Origin: a virus
Taxonomy: Duplodnaviria; Caudoviricetes
Reading direction: 5' to 3' (one strand)
IMG/VR virus record: IMGVR_UViG_3300023170_004399
Span: 64,001 to 128,000 of that record
Length of the DNA: 64,000 nt
Shown here: positions 57,084-64,000 of the stretch, piece after piece
How the letters are laid out: each line of letters begins with the position of its first letter
How positions within the stretch are numbered: position 1 is the stretch's first letter
The notes under the pieces: model-generated
Told to the model about the DNA's origin: nothing
Databases searched by the model: none
The model's input: only the letters and a program-made list of their open reading frames with translations
Translations under genes and position numbers: made by a program

Positions 57084-57225
57084 TTGACATTGTTTTTTTC
57101 AACATACTTAGTATAAACAGTTAAGAAGGGAAAGCAAAGGTCTCTAGTTAGGTTAGTAAGTAGTTAGGTATTATTCGAATAAAACAAAACTTAAACATAT
57201 TATATAACTTAAATGGAGATTTTTT

Positions 57226-58878
57226 ATGGCTATAAAAACTCAAATGAGATTGCCTCAAATCACTGGTTCTTTTGGAACAAACGCTGGGCGAATTAACGAA
57301 AATATTACCGCCGCAGAAAAAAACGATATTAATGCGACTGACTTGTCAGTTATACTTTCACATATGGCTGCAGGTATTAAGAGAATTCACGGTAAAGCTG
57401 ATTTTTCTAATGCTGCTGCTGGTACTTTTCATCAAAATTTAGTACCTGATGCAGATGGTACACGTGATTTTGGTTCATCAACTTTAGATTGGAACAATAT
57501 ATATGCTGCTACTGGTAGTTTCTCAAGTAACGTTACAATTGAAGGAAACTTGACAGTTAACGGTACAACAACAACTATCGATACCGTAAATACAACAATC
57601 CAAGATACACTTATTGCATTAAACTCTGGGTCTGATGGATTTGGTACATCAAATAATGACGTTGGTATCTTGTTTTCATCACCGACAGTAGGGGGACAGT
57701 CTTCTGCATTGTTTATTGATGAAAGTGATCCAAATGATGTGTTTGTATTTTCAAAAACTTGGACATCTGCAAGTGCGACACAAATTTCTTATGCTACATC
57801 TGATTTAGCAACAGTTAGATTGGGTAAATTAGAAGTTGAAGATGCGGGCGACTCTATATCTATTGACTCAAGCAATTTGTTAATTGCTGCAGCTGCAAAA
57901 GGTATTTTATCTGGTTCTACTGGTGTTGATATTGGCGTTGATAATGGAAGTGATGTAGCTATCCAAATTGGTGGATCAGATCATATCGTGATATCGGCTG
58001 AAAATAGTGATGGTCAAATCAGAGTTGAAGGAACCGCTGCCTTAATTCTTTCTGGTACAAACGGAACAGTACTTGGTGGTGATAACGGTGCTCAGGTCGA
58101 CATCCAATTGGCTGGATCAAGTATCGGTACGATTAATCAAACAAGCGGCAATTTTACACTTTCCGGATCAGATGGCACAGCTATACTTTTGGATTCACCT
58201 TTGGGATCTTTTACATTTGCTCGAGATTTAGCTAATAACAATGCTAGAGGTATTCAAGCACTAGTTGGGGCTGGCGAATTTAATTTTGTTAACGTCGATG
58301 CAATTGATGCTAACAATGCTGGCTTTAAGTTTGCCTTAAGTAACAATTTTCAAGAGCAAAGATTAGAAATGTCTGGTGCTGTCAGATTCTTAGAAGACAG
58401 CAACGGTGGAAACTTTGTCAACTTACGTGCACAAGACAGTATAGACAACAATTTTCAACTTTTACTTCCTAATGTACAAGGTTCTGCAGGAGAGGTATTG
58501 AAAATTGATAGTGTTGCTACTGTTGATGGTCTAAGTACTGCAACTCTAGCATTTGCTGCTGCTGGTGGTGCTGCTAACTCTTCAAAGAATGCTTTCACAG
58601 TTACAGCTAGTATGAATGCTGGGAATGTTTTGAGTAATGATGCAAATGGTGGTACTAAGTTTGATGTAAGTGCTGTATCTTCTGCAAACGCCGCAAATGC
58701 TATTGACGTATACTTGAATGGTCAGCTTTTGGTTTCTAGTTCTGACGCATATGTTGGTTACAACGCTTCATCAACTGGTGACTATGTAATGGATCATACC
58801 TCTATGTCTACAGCTGATTTTAAATTTAGTTTTGGACTGGAAAATGATGATATTGTACAGATCATTGTAAGAGCATAA
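57226..58878 (+). CDS. virion structural / fibre-like protein
   Basis: 'GSFSSNVTIEGNLTVNGTTTTIDTVNTTIQD', and a C-terminal 'IDVYLNGQLL...GDY...FSFGLENDDIV' module shared with 52654-55938; GGAG RBS and a downstream terminator. Confidence 0.75.
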   Translation: MAIKTQMRLPQITGSFGTNAGRINENITAAEKNDINATDLSVILSHMAAGIKRIHGKADFSNAAAGTFHQNLVPDADGTRDFGSSTLDWNNIYAATGSFSSNVTIEGNLTVNGTTTTIDTVNTTIQDTLIALNSGSDGFGTSNNDVGILFSSPTVGGQSSALFIDESDPNDVFVFSKTWTSASATQISYATSDLATVRLGKLEVEDAGDSISIDSSNLLIAAAAKGILSGSTGVDIGVDNGSDVAIQIGGSDHIVISAENSDGQIRVEGTAALILSGTNGTVLGGDNGAQVDIQLAGSSIGTINQTSGNFTLSGSDGTAILLDSPLGSFTFARDLANNNARGIQALVGAGEFNFVNVDAIDANNAGFKFALSNNFQEQRLEMSGAVRFLEDSNGGNFVNLRAQDSIDNNFQLLLPNVQGSAGEVLKIDSVATVDGLSTATLAFAAAGGAANSSKNAFTVTASMNAGNVLSNDANGGTKFDVSAVSSANAANAIDVYLNGQLLVSSSDAYVGYNASSTGDYVMDHTSMSTADFKFSFGLENDDIVQIIVRA

Positions 58879-58907
58879 TTTTTTATAAAAATTATTAAAA
58901 AGTATGG

Positions 58908-58938
58908 AATGAGGTGTTTACGCACCTCATTTTTTTTG
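58908..58938 (+). terminator. intrinsic terminator
   Basis: AATGAGGTG-TTTACG-CACCTCATT stem-loop followed by a long T-run. Confidence 0.85.
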
Positions 58939-58971
58939 TATGATTTTTTATTTTAATAGAGAGGGTGACGT

Positions 58972-59301
58972 ATGGATAACGTTAAATTGTTACATGATTC
59001 AATTCAAAAAATAGAAATTTCTCAATCAGAAGAGAATAATGCTGAAAATATTTTAAAAGAAGTATCGAAAAAAGTTTTGCAAATTGCTCAAAGCGGAATT
59101 GGTGCTGCTAACACTAGTGATTCTATCGATAAAAAAATAGAAATCTTGGCTAATTCACTTGGTGATGTTGTTGCAGCTGTTGATGATCGTTTAGCTACGA
59201 TTGTGGAAGTCAATAAAAAATATAAAAATCAGATAGCAATATTGGAAGAGGTGCTCGGTAAACTCGAACAAAGTCAAAAAAAAAATGATGAGAGTGAATA
59301 G
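58972..59301 (+). CDS. coiled-coil hypothetical protein
   Basis: 109-aa heptad-rich ORF with a GAGGG RBS-like sequence. Confidence 0.65.
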   Translation: MDNVKLLHDSIQKIEISQSEENNAENILKEVSKKVLQIAQSGIGAANTSDSIDKKIEILANSLGDVVAAVDDRLATIVEVNKKYKNQIAILEEVLGKLEQSQKKNDESE

Positions 59302-59413
59302 AGCTATTGAGTTGAATAGAGACAGACCTAGAAAGCTATATAAATCGCGAGCTGGTGTTGGTGAAAGGCCGGTTAAAATTAGTGATATAAGAAAGATGAA
59401 AGTTGTTAGTTAA
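59285..59413 (+). CDS. possible 42-aa basic protein (not in the ORF track)
   Basis: MMRVNRAIELNRDRPRKLYKSRAGVGERPVKISDIRKMKVVS; overlaps the upstream gene end by 17 nt and fills the gap before the next promoter-like box. Confidence 0.35.
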   Translation: MMRVNRAIELNRDRPRKLYKSRAGVGERPVKISDIRKMKVVS

Positions 59414-59431
59414 ACACGCAATTTTCATCTT

Positions 59432-59443
59432 TTGTATAATTAA
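59432..59443 (+). promoter_or_regulatory. putative promoter -10 box TTGTATAATTA
   Basis: Identical 11-mer to the one at 56827; about 25 nt upstream of ATG 59465. Confidence 0.5.
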
Positions 59444-59464
59444 GATCTAGTAGGATTTGTTGTT

Positions 59465-60391
59465 ATGGCTGGTATATTAAATAAAAAACAAAGAATAATG
59501 GATGTTATTATTACGCAAAATGGTAGAAGACAGCTGCGTAATGGTACTTTTAATGTAAAATATATAAGTTATTCTGATAGAGACATAGAGTATATAAGTG
59601 ATGATGGCAAAACTGCTGCTGATGTATCAAACCATATTTCATTTGAAGCCTTTAGTAATGTTTATGATACTATTATACCTGAGATAGATAACATCGATGG
59701 TACGATTAGCTATGAACAAACATCAAATTTTATAATAAAAAATGGATTCTTGTTAAAACAAACAGAAGATGGAAATTTCCCGGTTACTGGTTCAGGTGAT
59801 TTATATGATGCTTCTGAAGAGATATTCAGTAAAAGTCTTGATGCGTTTTATAAACTAGATGCATTAGGCGTTGATGATGAGTTAAGTGGCATTGGTGAGT
59901 TTGCTATAGAAACCAACGGTAATAGATATACGCCAGCAGTTGTCAGCCCTTTAGAGGAAGTTGATGTTTTTAATGCACCGGGTTTGTTGAATGACAATAA
60001 ATTTAGAAACAGTTTAACTCATGCATATATGCCACCGGTATTCAAAGCTTCAAATGGCAGTATGCAAAGCTTCGGCAAATTTAAAAATCTTTTATCTCAA
60101 AACAAGGATCTAGATTTTAACGATTTTTATGAAAAAGAAAAATTGGCAGAGAAAAATTTTACTGCAGTAAAAATAACTAACAATACTAATTATAATGATT
60201 TGTTAGGTCAGGTATTTGAAATTGATACGCAGAATAATGAGCTAAATAAATTAGTGTTGCTAGAAGTTGGATCATTTGGAGATCCATATGGTAACCCTAC
60301 ACATAAGATATATTATGCTGGAAAGCTTTTGTATGATAACAGAGGGTATCAGAAATTTATAAGAATATTTACAATAATTTTTGAGAAATAA
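59465..60391 (+). CDS. large-phage structural protein (hypothetical)
   Basis: N-terminus 'MAGILNKKQRIMDVIITQNGRRQL..G.F.VKY...SD.DIEY' is a pattern I associate with large-phage virion genes; upstream TTGTATAAT box. Confidence 0.55.
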   Translation: MAGILNKKQRIMDVIITQNGRRQLRNGTFNVKYISYSDRDIEYISDDGKTAADVSNHISFEAFSNVYDTIIPEIDNIDGTISYEQTSNFIIKNGFLLKQTEDGNFPVTGSGDLYDASEEIFSKSLDAFYKLDALGVDDELSGIGEFAIETNGNRYTPAVVSPLEEVDVFNAPGLLNDNKFRNSLTHAYMPPVFKASNGSMQSFGKFKNLLSQNKDLDFNDFYEKEKLAEKNFTAVKITNNTNYNDLLGQVFEIDTQNNELNKLVLLEVGSFGDPYGNPTHKIYYAGKLLYDNRGYQKFIRIFTIIFEK

Positions 60392-60392
60392 T

Positions 60393-62447
60393 ATGGGCGC
60401 ACCACAATATGGATTAGTCACTGTAGAAGAGTTAATTGAAGAAGCTCGAGAAGAAGGGAACTTAGGCGATCTGCTGTCTGAATTAGAAAGTTTTTTGGGC
60501 ACTATTGACGTAATGGATAAAAAAACCATAGTCGGACAACAAGTGTTAATTGATTTATATAATAAGGTAGTTGAATTTATTTTGGAAAAATATTCTTTAG
60601 ATTTTGATGTCAACTTATCAGAAGGTGTAGGATTACCACCTACATTTACCAATGATAATACTATAGACACATTAGGATTGGCTTACAAAGAATATCAATC
60701 TGAAGGTTATAGCACAGCTGTAAAAAATATATCGACAATCACTAATAGGGAAAGTTTAAAAAAAAGGATTACTGTTAACAAAAATATAGACTTTAATATT
60801 TACTCGTCAATTAATTCTGGGCCTTTTAATTTTACGGAAACTGAGGTTTTAAATTTTTACAATAATAAAGGAACAGCCGTACTAGATTTTAATAAAACAG
60901 ATAGAACTCAAGATATCCGTGTCAGTCCAGTGATTAGTAGAAATTTTAAAACTTTTACAAATTTATCTTCTAACTTTAATCATGAATTACCTTACACGTT
61001 AGGCACACAAACGGAAAGTTTAGACTTCAATATTGGTCCTGGTTTTTTACCAGCAATTAGATTCTCCGGTACCATAAATCAGCTTAGATCAAGCGGCTTA
61101 GAGTTAATTTTTGCCTTTATCGATACTGGCAACAACAATGCTGTAGCGGAACAGTTTGCTGGTGTAGAGTATGAAATATATTTTGTAAAAAACAATAAAA
61201 AATACAAAATTAATCTTCAAAATAAACCATCTCTCCCCTTTGACAAATATGCCGGCGTAAAAATACTAATCGATGATATTCAGAAAGTTTACAACTACAA
61301 TGTAAATCGAACACAAAATATAACATTTGAAATAAACTTTAAAAGATTGCCTAAAACCTATAAGAGACAAGTCTTAAAATGTTTATGGCAAACTGACAGC
61401 AACACTAGTGCGACATTGGCTAAAACAAAATCTGCAGATGGAATTTTAGTAAATTTAGCAAACCCTTGGCTTCCAAATAACATTGATGAATCAAAACTTG
61501 TTGTTGTAAATGAATCTATACTTACATCAATAAAAGACAAAAAAGAACTTTATTTTTTAGACATAAAACAACACGACAAACAAGAAAATATAATTAGGGA
61601 GTTAGGAAGATTTTATATTAATCCTGTTTCGGCAGATGCTAGTACATTGCAGAGTGTAATACAACCTGGAATATTATCTAGTTTTTATGAAAGCTTAAAC
61701 GAAGTTGAAATTGGATACGAACAGTTTTCTTCTTTGCCGGGTGTTACAAACTTTGCTAATTCTACATTTTATTTTAAGCTAGGATCATTTCCTTTATCAC
61801 AGTACTATTATCATAAGCTCAATGATATACCATATTATACGTTAGGTACTAAACTTTATAATCCTTTAAGTTTTGAACACCCATTTACTATTGAGACAAA
61901 AACGCACACGTCAATCCAGGATTTTCAGTTTCTTTTTGATTACGCAACTTACAATGAAACATATATGTTTAATGGGTCTGATATTGAAAATGTAGAAACA
62001 ATTGAAGGTGTAGCTGTAGGTGTCGAAACGGAGTTTGGTATCAATGCTGAGGCAAGTTATTTTGTTGATATGGATAATATCGATGCAGCTGCTGGGGGCA
62101 TACCATTATTAAGATATACTAAATTTGATTTTGTTGCACCTTATAATATATTAAGTATTGATGCGGACTGCGTAATCACCAGTGAAGATTCTACAGTACC
62201 TACCGGTGTAAATAACATATTTAAGTTGCGAATACCAGTTGGGCAAAACAGTGTTACTTTTTACGATTGGAAAGCTGGCGTTATTAGTACTGATAATACT
62301 AATAATAAAGACATTGTTTACGTAGGTGAAATATTGCAAAGCATGAAAGGTACTAAAACTGTAACTTACGAAATAACCATCGTATATGAAACCCCTGAGG
62401 GACAAAAGACATTTTCAGAAACAGTTGAAGTTAATTGGCCTTATTAA
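60393..62447 (+). CDS. hypothetical protein
   Basis: Long ORF; ATG 60393 preferred over TTG 60381. Confidence 0.7.
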   Translation: MGAPQYGLVTVEELIEEAREEGNLGDLLSELESFLGTIDVMDKKTIVGQQVLIDLYNKVVEFILEKYSLDFDVNLSEGVGLPPTFTNDNTIDTLGLAYKEYQSEGYSTAVKNISTITNRESLKKRITVNKNIDFNIYSSINSGPFNFTETEVLNFYNNKGTAVLDFNKTDRTQDIRVSPVISRNFKTFTNLSSNFNHELPYTLGTQTESLDFNIGPGFLPAIRFSGTINQLRSSGLELIFAFIDTGNNNAVAEQFAGVEYEIYFVKNNKKYKINLQNKPSLPFDKYAGVKILIDDIQKVYNYNVNRTQNITFEINFKRLPKTYKRQVLKCLWQTDSNTSATLAKTKSADGILVNLANPWLPNNIDESKLVVVNESILTSIKDKKELYFLDIKQHDKQENIIRELGRFYINPVSADASTLQSVIQPGILSSFYESLNEVEIGYEQFSSLPGVTNFANSTFYFKLGSFPLSQYYYHKLNDIPYYTLGTKLYNPLSFEHPFTIETKTHTSIQDFQFLFDYATYNETYMFNGSDIENVETIEGVAVGVETEFGINAEASYFVDMDNIDAAAGGIPLLRYTKFDFVAPYNILSIDADCVITSEDSTVPTGVNNIFKLRIPVGQNSVTFYDWKAGVISTDNTNNKDIVYVGEILQSMKGTKTVTYEITIVYETPEGQKTFSETVEVNWPY

Positions 62448-62457
62448 GGAATGTTAA

Positions 62458-64000
62458 ATGGGATATAAAAAAATATATGAAGCTAATACTAGCAGTAATG
62501 AAAAAAACAGTAATATATTAACATCACTTTCTCAAACAGTTGAAAATGTTAGTACCAATATTGTAGCTACATTTAGTGATAGTCAATTAATAGATTTTGG
62601 GCTATATGCAGATAGACCAGTTATATTATCTACATGTTTTGTCAGTAGTGAAATAGCTAATAAGCAAATATTTGATAATGAAATATATGAAAAGCGACAG
62701 ATTAATTTTTTAGAAAAATATAACATGCTAGCTGATCATTTAGCTGTTTTAGGTGAAGAAGAGGTAAGCACTTTAACGGAAAATTTCGAAAACTATGAAT
62801 TAGAAGTTGATAAGATTATAAGATTAAAAAAACAAATATATTTTGCAATTAGCAAATTTTATAAAACAGTAGATAGTTTAATTAACACAAGTCAGAGAAA
62901 CAATGACAATTTTTTAGATAATACTAAAAAGATAGCTACCATGGTAAATACCATATACGCACAAAGCACTGCTTTAAATTCGGCTATATATGATAATACT
63001 AGTTTTGAAGAAATAGATCTTGAAGAGGGTTTCGATGTATCACTTAAAAACTCGAGTTTATCTAATTTTTTAGAACCGGTTTTTGATTCAACAAAAGTAA
63101 GAATATTTGATAAAAAGGGTAGTAACGTTGGTTTTAAAACAATCGGGAGCACTTTTTTTGTTAAGCGTACAGTCAAGAATTACTTAGAAGGTAATAAGTC
63201 AGATATAGCTGTTTTAAATGAGTATATATCATTTGCAGAAAATGATGTAAATAATTTTAAAAATGATATAAAACAAAGGCTTGAATATAACGAAGTGCTA
63301 TTATTTTCACAATTTATAAATTATTTTAGGACTGCTAGTAAGTCTGAGCCAGCATTTGGAGATTATGTTGCTTACTTAGAAAAAATGGGTAACACTGAAA
63401 TAGGGGGAAACATAACGGATTTAGTTGCTGATGCATTCAACGAATGCAATATGTTTTGCCCAAATAGCGTAGGTGCTTTATTTAACAAAGCAGTTATTTA
63501 TTATGGCGGCGGTGACATTGTTACACTTGTAGACCCGCTCGAAAATGATGTAGTCACTCTCAATACGTATATAGGACGTCTGAGTACTAAATTAAACAAA
63601 TATGACATTCTTGCTTTGCAGTCACTAGTAAAAACATTTAAAGAAAATATTAAGCGTATGCTTAACTTGCCTAATGATGCGTTTGTAACACTACATTTGC
63701 CAGGTGAAAACGGCATTGATGATGCAGGGATATGTGTCTTAAACAAAAAGGCAATACTTGTTGCTGCACAAAAGTCTTCATCCTTCGACAAGACTGCATC
63801 CTATCCTATCGCTGAGTTAATTATTAGCAATGAAATTGCCCCTAGTGTGGTAAAATATCCTTTGTCTGATTTTTCTGCAGAAGATAAACTTTATATTCTT
63901 TCTATGAGTTTTTTGCTAACATATAATTATATGGGGATGATCTCGGAAAGTTTGCCTAGCTCACCGTTTGATACAAAAGCGATGTATTTAAACACGACAA
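62458..64000 (+). CDS. hypothetical protein, 3'-truncated by the window edge (not in the ORF track)
   Basis: ATG 62458 with AGGA upstream; I read the frame through with no stop to base 64000 (MGYKKIYEANTSS...). Confidence 0.75.
   Translation, partial: MGYKKIYEANTSSNEKNSNILTSLSQTVENVSTNIVATFSDSQLIDFGLYADRPVILSTCFVSSEIANKQIFDNEIYEKRQINFLEKYNMLADHLAVLGEEEVSTLTENFENYELEVDKIIRLKKQIYFAISKFYKTVDSLINTSQRNNDNFLDNTKKIATMVNTIYAQSTALNSAIYDNTSFEEIDLEEGFDVSLKNSSLSNFLEPVFDSTKVRIFDKKGSNVGFKTIGSTFFVKRTVKNYLEGNKSDIAVLNEYISFAENDVNNFKNDIKQRLEYNEVLLFSQFINYFRTASKSEPAFGDYVAYLEKMGNTEIGGNITDLVADAFNECNMFCPNSVGALFNKAVIYYGGGDIVTLVDPLENDVVTLNTYIGRLSTKLNKYDILALQSLVKTFKENIKRMLNLPNDAFVTLHLPGENGIDDAGICVLNKKAILVAAQKSSSFDKTASYPIAELIISNEIAPSVVKYPLSDFSAEDKLYILSMSFLLTYNYMGMISESLPSSPFDTKAMYLNTT

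Noticed and set aside
1-64000. Stop-codon reassignment as seen in some jumbo phages
   Set aside because: Genes are full length in code 11, and TAA, TAG and TGA all terminate genes at expected family lengths (e.g. phoH ends in TAG, prkA in TGA).
1-64000. tRNA genes, introns/inteins, diversity-generating retroelement
   Set aside because: No cloverleaf or T-loop motifs noticed in the short gaps, conserved enzymes have normal lengths, and there is no reverse transcriptase. The 651-nt repeat differs at all base types rather than only at adenines. tRNAscan-SE or Infernal would be needed to exclude RNA genes formally.

Overview
This window is a 64-kb, strongly AT-rich, densely coding fragment that reads as the genome of a large contractile-tailed (myovirus or jumbo-type) bacteriophage rather than a cellular chromosome. 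All credible genes but one are on the + strand, and long ORFs translate cleanly in the standard bacterial code. Order of blocks: (1) 1-9.0 kb host-manipulation genes: SpoVR/YcgB (5'-truncated), PrkA/YeaG AAA+ kinase, a ligase-fold nucleotidyltransferase, a degenerate GroEL-like protein, an Hc1-type histone-like protein, a Cys-rich stand-alone sigma-70 region-4 protein (the only minus-strand gene) and PIN-PhoH. (2) 9.0-12.1 kb fibre-like structural genes with internal repeats. (3) 12.2-31.2 kb glycan island: about nine glycosyltransferase genes (GT2, GT4, GT7C-like, GT9-like, GT10, GT11, Maf/CstII-like), a carbamoyltransferase, Gmd + His-type ColD-like dehydratase + Fcl/ColC (GDP-fucose/GDP-colitose), and an SIS-HAD-cytidylyltransferase/cupin-SDR block, with a Cas4-like nuclease inserted. 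(4) 31.5-46.2 kb phage sigma-like factor, spike, gp25-like and gp6-like baseplate wedge genes and LamG-containing baseplate proteins. (5) 46.2-64 kb giant modular Gly/Ser/Thr-rich fibre proteins and further virion genes, the last running off the window. The most notable hypotheses are a phage-encoded colitose/fucose plus CMP-sugar glycosylation system next to the tail genes (virion glycosylation), and a YcgB-YeaG / ligase-like / pseudo-chaperonin / split-sigma host-takeover block. All family assignments come from motif recognition by eye; no database searches were run. No tRNA, rRNA, CRISPR array or transposase was recognised.
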